From contig NC_068991.1 in NCBI RefSeq assembly GCF_001194135.2, forward strand, positions 50,323,298 to 50,356,201: a DNA stretch of 32,904 nucleotides, read 5' to 3'. The notes beneath the pieces were generated by a model. It saw only the letters and a program-made list of their open reading frames with translations, did no database searches and was not told the origin of the DNA. Numbering within the stretch: position 1 is the first letter of the stretch; every line of letters starts with the position of its first letter. This DNA is from Octopus bimaculoides. Taxonomy: Eukaryota. Made by a program: the position numbers and the translations under genes. Below are positions 1 through 11,691 of the stretch, piece by piece.

Positions 1-276
1 GGTGGTGCCGCTGTTGCTACTGTTAATGGTGTGGAGAGGGTGATGGTGGTGGGTGGGGTGTTAGTCTTGAAACCCTTTTGCAATTCTAAACATCCAGATT
101 AGTTTCTCATTGCTTTCTCCTGTGCAACAGGATTTGAACTCAGCACTCCTGACTCTTGAAATCCTCGTCGGTGTTATGTACTTTACTTCAGTAAACTAAA
201 CCACAATTCGGTTGCAGCTACTCTGAACGAAATGAGTTCAGCTGTTGAAAACAAGAACAGGCCGAATGCAGTATTG

Positions 277-1310
277 TTGATAAAAGACATTGTCAAGCGC
301 ACTTACATATCTCAACAGTAGCTATCACACTAACTTCTCATCTCAGAAGTGTTAGGCAATTACAAGCCATCTCGGCTTCAAAATAAAATACATTGAATTC
401 TAAGAGATTAAGCTATAAAAGATGCCATTAAAAAAACTATATTTTTTTTACGACTTTCTACAGGCACAGATCATTCCTGCATCGACAATAGATGATGTCT
501 CCATCGAACTTAAGTTGGTGAGCAAGATATTAGATGTCTGTTTACCTCTGTCCTTAGTAGTACATGGAACAGCATTACCATCATCTATTCCTACACCACC
601 AACCACAGCAGTCGAAAGTGGTGACCATCCCTCATCGCTGAAGTTGCCAGTTTGATGCATCAGGCGTAAGCTCTCACAACTCATCTTTATCAAGAACGGC
701 AAAGAACCCAAAGTAACCGAGGTAAATTTCGGTTTTCTTACATAAGCGGAATCGCAGTATTGGTATCATTGAACGCTTATAAATATATCAATCATTTTTG
801 GCAATGTAACCTCTGCTTTCGCATAAGAAAGTCCGCAGCCAGCGATTAGCAGCGACAAATCAACTTGATCATAGTACAACTGGTTACCTTTTTAATTTGA
901 CCGACAATATAAGTGGTACGCGATGTCTTCTTGACGCGGGAGCAGATGTGAACATCCTACCATTTGATCAAAATACAGTAGGAACCATTTTCTTTCATTT
1001 TTCTTTAGGCAGTCAACAACTTTCCTCTGAGACTACGGAATATACTTTGATTGGTATTTATCAATACTGAGTTGTCTGCGCGAAGGAAACCATCAAGGAT
1101 GATTTCTTTTGCTGGAATGTCTCTTGGGAATAAACACTTTCAGCTTATTGACTCTACGACCAGTCCTACAATATACGCCTTCCACCAGCCCTGTATTAAT
1201 GAAGACTGCTTTATCAAGGTACAACATAGTTCTTCGTAAGTATCCAGGCATTATATGTCCAGTGTACAGCAACAGTGGAGTAATACACACAGTTACTCGC
1301 CGTCCTGTAA
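277..1310 (+). mobile_element. Degenerate Ty3/Gypsy LTR retrotransposon gag-protease remnant (CsRN1/Mag-like gag)
   Basis: Collinear motifs with stops and frameshifts. 277-378 LIKDIVKRTYISQQ*LSH*LLISEVLGNYKPSRL resembles gag IKRT..SE..RL.QLL.EELGDRKPSQL. ~460-540 QAQIIPASTIDDVSIELKLVSKILDV. ~765-790 YWYH resembles gag CWYH. 909-962 ISGTRCLLDAGADVNILP resembles aspartic protease FLVDTGADVS (Asp codon at 933). ~1135-1300 QLIDSTTS and YNIVLRKYPGIICPVYSNSGVIHTVT resemble the protease-RT linker. No RT core or LTR recognised. Confidence 0.75.
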
Positions 1311-1415
1311 TCATTGATTACATTAGAAACCGAAACATTTTGGAGAAGACAGGGGTAGAAGTTGTTGACAAAGAGAAAGTCATTTTGGTTCATAATTTAT
1401 TAGTTGTGTAAAAAG

Positions 1416-1539
<124 letters not shown>

Positions 1540-1779
1540 GTCAATACAAATAACAAAGCTTAACGGTTATACTAATCGCGTCTTTTGCTACAACCGTGTA
1601 GTAAAAGAAATTGATTTCATCTAATGTCAAGTACGAGTTATTTGTGTCATTTGTGAATGAACTATAGACGCCGCCATTGTATTTTACACACAGAAAAATA
1701 TGACTTGAGGGAATATATTTTCTCTATCATCACTGGTAATGGGAACTGCTGTTCTCAACGTTTAGATCGGAAGTGATAA

Positions 1780-1985
1780 CAACCAATATTTGTGTTTATG
1801 TACCTGTACTGCCCAAATTTAGTAATAGAACGAAAGAGGAATATTACAATCACTTCCAGACATATATGGCAAAGGAGAGGACTATTTTTGAGTTCAACAA
1901 ATAAAACTTGGGACAGAAACGCTCTGTTCAAATATTATATGGCCATGAAACTGTGAATGACAAAGAAATGCTATATAATAAACAT
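1780..1985 (+). mobile_element. Possible highly decayed LINE APE-endonuclease fragment
   Basis: ICVYVPVLPKFSNRTKEEYYNHFQTYMAKERTIFEFNK* then, frameshifted, ILYGHETVNDKEML loosely resembles RTE-type YAPT...KDQFY..LQ...TILMGDLNAKVG...GxHG...NDNG. Weak similarity only. Confidence 0.25.
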
Positions 1986-2409
1986 GCAATATTTTAAACA
2001 TACTAATATTTTAAATAAAAGTCAAAGATAATGTCAAAATTTCGTCATAAAACAAAAGCTACTGCGCAACTACAACAGCAGAATGGGAACTAATTTATCC
2101 ACCAGGTATAAATAAATAAGACAACTAATCTTTACAACACACCATGGTACAGAACTAAATACCGGTGATACTTTTGTTCTTATCAAAAAAATTTTCTTTG
2201 ACATGCTGAGTTAGGCCTCCATGAGGTGCATCTTTAGTGTATATTATACAGTTCTAACTTCGATGTAACACCCAATAATTTAGTAAAATTCATAGACCGT
2301 TTGAGTTTATTTTTTAGAATTACATTCTTGCGACGGGAAATATTTGTCATCATATGTGTGTGAACGGCTATGAGTGTATATATGTTGATACTCCTACGTC
2401 AGGGGTTAA

Positions 2410-3030
2410 TGCCACTTCGTCAGAATAAATTGAATATGACGTCTTTTGCATCGGATATGTGGGTGCTGTGACGGTTGTGGCATGCGCAGAATAGTATTGT
2501 AACGATAAACAATTTGGCTTGGTATCTCTTGACTGTTGTTGATCGATACTTTCAGTTTATTAATAAGGGGAACTTTTTTGAGTCTCAAATTGCCTTGATT
2601 GTTACTGTAAAGTCCTGAGTTTGGTATTTCTCGGATGGAGCGTAGTGTCTGAATAATGATTGTGTGTGTTTGTTCCTTAAGACTGAAAGACGTAGCTTAC
2701 GGATAGTGCTTCTGGTGTAGGATCTATCACATTTCTGTAGGCCCTCGAGCACATGTCTGTATTGATGATGTGAAAGTTAGCCCGTGTGGCACATCGCGCT
2801 GCTGTCTATTAGTCAATATCCAGAAACGAATGTTTTTCAAGGAGGTACTGGAGTGTACGATCTATAAATTCACTTCCTCTGTACCGAACACTCGATGTAT
2901 TGCAGCAATAGTAGTTCTATCATCAAAATATAATGGTCTCAGAAAGAACACGCCATCTCTGGAAGTATGAGTCCTCGTCTGAAGTGTACCAGCTTTTTTG
3001 GACGTTTGCTGAGAGATAGCAGATTGATAA
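2410..3030 (-). mobile_element. Heavily decayed Penelope-like element remnant (RT C-terminal part + GIY-YIG start)
   Basis: Minus-strand frames give, in PLE order, LYFDDRTT (YVDD-like), EKHSFLDID (LPFLDI-like), RANFH / SRAYRN, and SQIVYRY...CACHNRHSTHI (VY..C.C...YIG-like). Many stops and frameshifts. Confidence 0.4.
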
Positions 3031-3035
3031 ATTCC

Positions 3036-3205
<170 letters not shown>

Positions 3206-4249
3206 CCCTCTCAAACCAGCGTTGTATTGGACTCCATATCACGTTTCTGTATTTTTGTTTTGTAATCATTGCTTTTTTCAGTTGATAGCTAGAAAGAGAA
3301 TTAGTGAAATGAAGAGCTCTTATTCCAGATGACTTCTTCCACCAAGAGCTTTTAGTGTCCTTAAAAATATATATCTTGTCTCAACTTCCTCAGGCAACAT
3401 TAATTTGAAACAACTTTACTGAGGAGAAACATTTTCGAAATTCAACTCGGCTGAGGAGAAAAGTTAAAGACTCTTAACGTGTTTGACAAGGTTTTCGATA
3501 AGGCTTCTTGGACAAGGTTTTCGATAAGAGGAAAGGGAAATGATAGATCGAGTAAACGTTTTTTATAAGAATTCTAAAATATCTCTGGCCAAAGCACTTC
3601 ACTTGTCGAAAGCAACATTAAAGAAACAATTTTATTAAGAAATGTAATGTAATGGAGGAAATGTGAAATTAGAATGTTTGCATCCAAGCAGCCTATGGAC
3701 TCATTAAAACGATGAATTCTTCAATCAATTTGGCATTTGCTTACATGCTCTTCCAAATCTCTCCCAGACTGAGTTTAGAATTATATAGCTAGAGTTTAGT
3801 TTGAACCCTTGAATGTTTAAAGCTGGAAGGAAATATACAGTAGAAGCGTTCATCAGAGATGTCTAGAAATAAGATGAAGTACAACATACGAGAAAATGAG
3901 GTGGCGCTTCGGCTGAAACTACTTCGCGTTATCCTTTCCACAAGCCTGCGATCATCGTACAGAGTTTCTTTCACAAATTCGTCATTATCAACCTCTGTCT
4001 CGTCAACGTCAACCTGAAATTCGTCATCGTTAGTCGTTAGTCACAGTTTCGTTATCGTCAGTCTCAATTATGTTGTCGTCTATCTCGATTTTGCCAACTC
4101 TAATGTCATTCTTGTAGGATACAGCAATATTTTTTTTTTAATAAACAAAAATTGACATCAGTGATTACTTGTCGCAGAACTGTATAAGAATGTAAACTTT
4201 AAAATCTTTTGTATAATATTGTCGCAATGCACGCAAAACACACATACAC

Positions 4250-4665
<416 letters not shown>

Positions 4666-4784
4666 TAGATAAAATATAAAGAGAAGAGGTATCAGATGAA
4701 AAAACATTTATTTCACCAATTGACATCCATACAACTATGATCGATTCGCAGACTTTATCATATAAAAACAATAGATTTTAGTGT

Positions 4785-4788
4785 GCAT

Positions 4789-4856
<68 letters not shown>

Positions 4857-5218
4857 NNNNNNNNNNNNNNNNNNNNNNNNNNNNNNNNNNNNNNNNNNNN
4901 NNNNNNNNNNNNNNNNNNNNNNNNNNNNNNNNNNNNNNNNNNNNNNNNNNNNNNNNNNNNNNNNNNNNNNNNNNNNNNNNNNNNNNNNNNNNNNNNNNNN
5001 NNNNNNNNNNNNNNNNNNNNNNNNNNNNNNNNNNNNNNNNNNNNNNNNNNNNNNNNNNNNNNNNNNNNNNNNNNNNNNNNNNNNNNNNNNNNNNNNNNNN
5101 NNNNNNNNNNNNNNNNNNNNNNNNNNNNNNNNNNNNNNNNNNNNNNNNNNNNNNNNNNNNNNNNNNNNNNNNNNNNNNNNNNNNNNNNNNNNNNNNNNNN
5201 NNNNNNNNNNNNNNNNNN

Positions 5219-5289
<71 letters not shown>

Positions 5290-5290
5290 C
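4785..5290. repeat. (TG)n, N-gap 4857-5218, then (AT)n(AG)n
   Basis: Directly visible. Confidence 0.97.
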
Positions 5291-5955
5291 ATATATGTAT
5301 GTGTATAACATAGATGTACCATAAATACATATACAGATATATGTGTCGATGGTTATGTGTGTGGGCGCGTAGGTGCATGTGTCTGTGTACGAGGTTAGAC
5401 GTGTGCGTTTGTGCTCGTGTGTACGAACACTTGTAGATGTTCTTGCTAATACTTGTCGACTTCTGAATGTATTTATTCTTGTGTTTGATGTAAATGCTTT
5501 TGAGTTATTATTTCTAACTGATATTTCAGGAACAATTACATCTGCATATCTGCGCCTGTTGCCTTCCTTCTTACCGTTACCGAATATCTCTGTAATATCG
5601 GTGTGCGGGAGATGGAAGTGCGAGAGGCAGGCGTTGAGAAACGATAATGTTTTAATCAATATCTCTATTCACTTGAAAGTTTTGTGTAAAAGATAAATCA
5701 GGGCAACTCTTTGTAACGCAAAGATATGAACATATATCGGCACTGGTTAATTATATGGTTGACAAATTGTAAAAATTGATCAAAAGACCCGTAGTTAATG
5801 TCTGTGTATGTACATAGAGCTGAAACTAATGTGATATATGAAGCTCTTGCTCTCTACTGTAAGCTTTAAATACTAAACGGAAAATGCTATATTCTTTATA
5901 TATGGTTTTTTGATATACATAATTATAAATGTGTAGGATACAAGAATTCAAAAAC

Positions 5956-6170
5956 ATGGATCAAGACCTTAGTCTTCGTGTTCATTTCCAGTGTCCTCGG
6001 AATGTGCACTTAAAATCCTATGTTTTTCATTTCTCAAATCCGCCATCATCTTAGGCTGATCTACTATAGATAAGCTCGTTCAGTCCTAATTTCCGTGACC
6101 TACTTTTACTGTGACACACGTAAATTTGCAATACATGTAAAGAAACAGTCAGTTCCTTCAGTGATTTTCA
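5956..6170 (-). repeat. Left arm of an old inverted repeat pair (partner 7711-7915)
   Basis: Reverse complement aligns to 7711-7915, e.g. gattttaagtgcaYattccgagRacaStggaaaYgaac..gaagactRaggt...gatccat and cctaagatgat. Confidence 0.85.
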
Positions 6171-6210
6171 GACAATTTCGGTCTGTCATATTTTGCAACT
6201 TCATCGAAAC

Positions 6211-6247
<37 letters not shown>

Positions 6248-6284
6248 ACTCAATCACTCTCTCTCACACACACATACACACGCG

Positions 6285-6325
<41 letters not shown>

Positions 6326-6416
6326 ATACACATGCAGTAACCAATTTCTTTTGCCTTTACGTTCTTCCTTCCACACACTTAATGGTAGTCTCCCATAAAG
6401 ATTAGTCAATATATAT

Positions 6417-6792
6417 TTATTTCTTTATTGCCCACAGTGGACGGGGTGCTAAACATAGAGGGGACAAACAAGGACAGACAAAGGGATTAAGTTGATTACA
6501 TCGATCCCAGTGCGTAACTGGTACTTATTTAATCGTACTTTAAATAAGTACCTTTATTTTCTTTTACCCACATCCAGGATCTTTTCAACACCTCCTCGTA
6601 CAGCCTTTAGTGCAGAGCTAAGGCTTGCATCTATTGAAATTAACCTTTGTTTTGTTTGAGGTATTTAAACTGGTACTTATTTAAAGGATGAAAGGCAAAG
6701 TCGACCTCAGTGAAATTAGAGCTCAGAACGTAATGGCAGACGAATTACCGCTAGGCATTTCGTGCTAACGATTCTGCCAGTTCGCCGCCTTA
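6417..6792 (-). mobile_element. tRNA-derived SINE, family A (head aaggcggcgagctggcagaatcgttagcacg), interrupted by an insertion at ~6532-6667
   Basis: Minus strand reads taaggcggcgaactggcagaatcgttagcacg...gttctgagctctaatttc...gtcgactttgcctttcatcc...; homologous to copies at 14278, 23902 and 24439 in this window. Confidence 0.85.
6558..6664 (-). mobile_element. Mariner-type MITE end plus 65 bp flank; inverted copy of 11452-11558
   Basis: 107-nt ungapped match to the reverse complement of 11452-11558 with 9 mismatches by hand count. Confidence 0.85.
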
Positions 6793-7203
6793 CTAGTCAA
6801 GATACATTCGATGAAAACTGTCATCAACAATACAATTTTTTTTAAAATTTTCTTTCAACTCGTTGCAGTTAACCTACGAAACAATTCAATAAAATCAGTT
6901 ATAAGAGTTGACTATCTTACGCCAATTGAGTTCAATAAATCCAGAAATTACTAACATGCCATCCCCCGCTTTTTACATCTTACCTTTTACTTCGACGCGA
7001 AACAGGTTTATTTTAGATAAACCCATTCGAGCTACGTATTCTAATCACGTCGATATCGTCAGACGTGACAGGTAAGATTAACAAATGACAAGTTGATAGT
7101 TTCTGGATTTATTGAAATGAATTGAAGAAAGATAGTTCATATTTTTCACAGATTTTATTGATTGTTATGTAAACAAATGCGGCGAATTTGTATTGTTTAT
7201 GAC

Positions 7204-7374
7204 TATTTTACTTGTTTCAGTCATTTGACTGCGGCCATGCTGGAGCACCGCCTTTAGTCGAGCAAATCGACTCCAGGACTTATTCTTTGTAAGCCTAGTA
7301 CTTATTCTATCGGTCTCTTTTGCCGAACCGCTAAGTTGTCAAGCGATGCTGGAGGGACAAACACAGACACACGA

Positions 7375-7419
<45 letters not shown>

Positions 7420-7558
7420 CATATATACGACAGGCTTCTTTCAGTTTCCGTCTACCAAATCAACTCACAAGACACTTGCGCAAGGTACCACGCAGTGGGA
7501 CTGAATCCAGAACCATGTGGTTGGTAAGCAAGCTACTTACCACACAACCACTCCTGCG
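7204..7558 (-). mobile_element. tRNA-derived SINE, family B, with internal (CA)n(TA)n tract
   Basis: Minus-strand head cgcaggagtggttgtgtggtaagtagcttgcttaccaaccacatggttctggattcagtccc has A-box/B-box-like motifs; body cagtcatttgactgcggccatgctggagcaccgcctttagtcgag is shared with the copy at 8764. Confidence 0.88.
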
Positions 7559-7710
7559 ACTGTTTATTTTTATCGAATATCTCTTGTGCAGCTCTTACGG
7601 TAGTCTGCCACTAAAGTGTGTGGAAGGATGAAGATAAAGGGTGCAAGGCTCGTGCAAAAGAAATTTGTTAACGTGTACAGGCGCACCTGTGTGTAGGAAC
7701 TCAGTCTCGG

Positions 7711-7915
7711 TGAAGTCACAGAAGAAACTGACTTTTTTTATATTTTACATCTATACACTGTGTTACAGCCGCATTAGGTCACTGGAACTAAGATAGAAAG
7801 AGCTTATCTAGATCGACCTAAGATGATAGCGAATTTGACAGATTACACGAACAGATTTTAAGTGCATATTCCGAGAACAGTGGAAACGAACGTGAAGACT
7901 GAGGTTTCGATCCAT
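7711..7915 (+). repeat. Right arm of an old inverted repeat pair (partner 5956-6170)
   Basis: See left arm; roughly 70-85% identity depending on segment. Confidence 0.85.
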
Positions 7916-7960
7916 AGTTACGAAACCGTTAAGTATATTCTGCACGCGCACATACACACA

Positions 7961-8005
<45 letters not shown>

Positions 8006-8696
8006 ACACATACAGTAGTTCCTGAACAATCTGTGTCTTTTGCTATTGCATTTTTTCTTGTTCTTTATTAACTTCAGCCTGCTCTGCTTGACTTCTGCTA
8101 CGAAGGTAGCTGTGAAACAAAGCATATGAGCAATACTTTTTTAGCTGACCTCAATTCATCTTTGCTGTGGAACATACTGTTTTATAAAGGATTGTTGAAG
8201 ATTTGGCAGCTACCAGTAGACAAGATCAAAAAAATTAAACTTGATAATGTCACGAACGTGATATAACTGTCATTAAAAATGGCTGCTTTTGCACTCTCTT
8301 CGCTAAATACATTGTCATCATCTAGAAATCTCCCTTACTCGGCTACATTAAAATTTACTGCGCACCAGGTGGTGAATGCCGGTAGGTAATGAATTTAACG
8401 TGAAGGATGCTCTATTGCAAATCAACCCCATTGTTCTTCGGTAAGAACAATGCCCAAATCAGCTGGAAAAGTAGAGAGCAATTTCGGGTCCGGAGTTTCT
8501 TGGTTAATGTGGCTTCCTCATACTTTCAGCGGGCTTATCTATTGTATTTATTTTATTGCTTAGTTACATGTATATAACAAGCCAAGTACTGATTCACTGC
8601 CTTTTTTTGAAGATGTGAGTGACAAGACACTGTCTGTAACTTGGTGTACAGAACTTTGTTGGAAGAGTTATGATTTTACGCGGGTATTTGCAACGT

Positions 8697-8753
8697 CCAC
8701 CGATATACATCGACGAAAGACTTGCAGCCTCCACCGATATACATCAACAAAAG
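8697..8753 (+). repeat. Short direct repeat, 23-bp unit at period 34
   Basis: ccaccgatatacatcgacgaaag at 8697 and ccaccgatatacatcaacaaaag at 8731. Confidence 0.85.
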
Positions 8754-8763
8754 CTATGTATAT

Positions 8764-9001
8764 ACTCTTTACTCTTTTACTCTTTTACTTGTTTCAATCA
8801 TTTGACTGTGGCCATGCTGGAGCACCGCCTTTAGTCGAGAAAATCGCCCCCAGGACTTATTCTTTGTAAGCCTAGTACTTGTTCTATCGGTCTCGTTTTG
8901 CCGAACCGCTAAGTTACGGGGACGTAAACACACCAGCATCGGTTGTCAAGCGATGGTTGGGGGAACAAAGACCGATACACACACACACACACACACACAC
9001 A
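8764..9001 (-). mobile_element. SINE family B, 3' portion running into N-gap 9002-9221
   Basis: Close match to 7204-7380; (actctttt)n tail at 8764. Confidence 0.88.
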
Positions 9002-9221
9002 NNNNNNNNNNNNNNNNNNNNNNNNNNNNNNNNNNNNNNNNNNNNNNNNNNNNNNNNNNNNNNNNNNNNNNNNNNNNNNNNNNNNNNNNNNNNNNNNNNN
9101 NNNNNNNNNNNNNNNNNNNNNNNNNNNNNNNNNNNNNNNNNNNNNNNNNNNNNNNNNNNNNNNNNNNNNNNNNNNNNNNNNNNNNNNNNNNNNNNNNNNN
9201 NNNNNNNNNNNNNNNNNNNNN

Positions 9222-9286
<65 letters not shown>

Positions 9287-9335
9287 ATTTGTTTATACAT
9301 ACAAGTATGCATGCATACAAATGCATAGACACATG

Positions 9336-9556
9336 TACAAGGAGGTGCTGAAAAATTCCTGGCTTTGAGGGTATCTCGAAAGGACTGGTTGGATGCCCAA
9401 CCTTCTGAGTTCTTTGACAGGGCTTAGAAAAGCTGAAGGACCGTGTCAATAAGTGTGTGAATCTGAGAAGGGGAATATGTTCGATAAAATCATAATTAAC
9501 GGACTATACTGTATTTTCTTTTACCCAAAGCCATGAACTTTTCAGCACCCCTCCTA
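9336..9556. mobile_element. Tc1/mariner-type MITE
   Basis: Imperfect ~28-bp TIRs (caaggaggtgctgaaaaattcctggcttt / rc ggaggggtgctgaaaagttcatggcttt) flanked by TA on both sides; no ORF. Confidence 0.85.
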
Positions 9557-9757
9557 CACATACATATACACACACACGCACGCACATACACACACACACA
9601 CGCAAATGCACACACGCACACACACACACACATACATACATACATGCATACATACATACATACATATATACATACATATATACAAACATACATACATACA
9701 TACATACATGCATACATACATACATACATACATACATACATACATACATACATACAT
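9557..9757. repeat. (CA)n/(CATA)n compound microsatellite
   Basis: Directly visible. Confidence 0.95.
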
Positions 9758-10875
9758 ACAACTCTAATTTATATTAAACTTTCTGGATTCAATAGAAAAA
9801 GTAAGGTTGTGTGTGGAATATCAGTAAACGATTTTATCAGCCTTTTATTTTGTTTCGAAGGTACTGTTGCTCAAATTTCAGCGAATCACGAGGTTTAAAA
9901 TGTAATTAGGCAACTTAATAGATTGAAAGGCATATTGTTTGTCTCTTTAAAGAAATTAACTTTTAAGTATGAACACGAGACGCAAAGTAGGAATCAATAT
10001 TTATAAATGAAATATCAAATATATTTTGTCTACTCCATGAATATTTATCGTCGAAATATATTAGTCGTTGTCTTTGTGTCAATCTTTTTAAGGCCATATT
10101 GAAAGTCTCAATATTAGCTTTCGGTTGTGTTATCATTTAGTACATCAGATTCTGCGATAGGAAAATACAAATAAGAATGCAAATTTAAAATTTTTTAAAA
10201 GTTCAAAAAAAACCATCAAAAGTTGACTGTGAAAACAGGATTTTGGTGTAAAAACATGACTAGAACAAAGGGCTTTACTGAAATCTTTATTGTTTAAGAT
10301 AAAAAAAAAATTTGGTTAACTTTCTGAATGTACTCCAGCAATTTTTTCAACTGGTAGTTAAGAGTTTCAAAAAAAAAAAAAGGATTGCAAATTTAGTTGT
10401 GTAGTTATTATTTTTACGTAAATTAAACAAGGCAGCTAATAGAGATAATTGTAATTCATCATCTCAATTAACATTTTGTATTCGGGTTGCGTTGGTGAAT
10501 TAAAATACATTCTCCGTAGTAATCAGCTTCAATAGACTTGTTAACGATATCTATAAAGACTCACATGATCAATGATCATCTGTAGTATGTGTGTATATAT
10601 GTATGCTATTTTGGGGTTTATCAGATTGTTAATGATTGAGTCAATCCTTGTGTTTGCTTACAGTTATTTTATTCATATAAAATCATAATTATGGACTAGC
10701 GCTGAATTAGATTAATTATCGTTTATACTTCATAATACAATGCAACACAGACATATTTTTGAAGTCTTATTAGTATACGCTTTTCTTATATAGAAACATT
10801 AAAATCTAAATGGTAGCCATTATAAAATTATAGAATAGTATAGTACACACACATACACAAACACACACACACACA

Positions 10876-10919
<44 letters not shown>

Positions 10920-11515
10920 TACTCATATATACATATGTGTATACGTATGTGTATGTGTGTTCGTATGTATATATAAATTCCAAAATGCTCGACTTAAAAT
11001 TGAACATCTGGTACTGAGTGAATATAAACGTCTGTACTTGATCCATAAAATTGATGTATCCCAGAACACAGAGAAGAAGTTCTTTACATATCTGTTTGAA
11101 ATGTCATTGGCCGAACATCCCTTTACTATATCGACAGTCCTCAATAGAAAAAGAAATTGAGTTGTCAGATAACATTTCTACTCGCTAAATGTTAGCTAAT
11201 AACTTCCTGAATTTAATAAGCACTCGCTTTAACAATAGTCAGAGATGAAAAATATGATCAACAAACATAACTTTACGGTAAATTTTTGTTGTACTGCTAA
11301 TCTAAAGGAAATGATATCACATAAGTCTACCATATATATTCAGGTCATTTGTTCATGTAGAAGCATTAATACAACCCCGATGAAAGCATCGTGCTATATT
11401 ATAGCTATCTTATATAGAGAAATAGTAGTGTATATTATTTCAGGAACATTGATACCTCAGACAAAACAAAGGTTAATTTCAATAGATTCGAGCCTTAGCG
11501 CTGCATTAAAGGCTG

Positions 11516-11691
11516 TACGAGGAGGTGCTGAAAAGATGCTGGCTTTGGGTAAAAGAAAGTAGAGGAGGATCAGTTAATTATGATTTTATCCAACATATTC
11601 CACTCTCATATTTATACAGCTATTGCAGCGGTCATTCAGGTTTTTCACAATACCCTTAAATCCAGGAACGTTTCAGTACCCCCTCTTGTTA
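11516..11691. mobile_element. Tc1/mariner-type MITE, same family as 9336-9556 in opposite orientation, with an internal deletion
   Basis: tacgaggaggtgctgaaaagatgctggctttgggtaaaagaaa...ccaggaacgtttcagtaccccctcttg; the body is the reverse complement of the 9336 copy. Confidence 0.85.

Noticed and set aside
137-151. 15-mer gaactcagcactcct shared with 29487-29501
   Set aside because: Probably B-box-containing fragments of a decayed SINE; too short to annotate.
448-711. 87-aa minus-strand ORF that looks protein-like
   Set aside because: It is antisense to the Gypsy gag remnant and has no recognisable domain.
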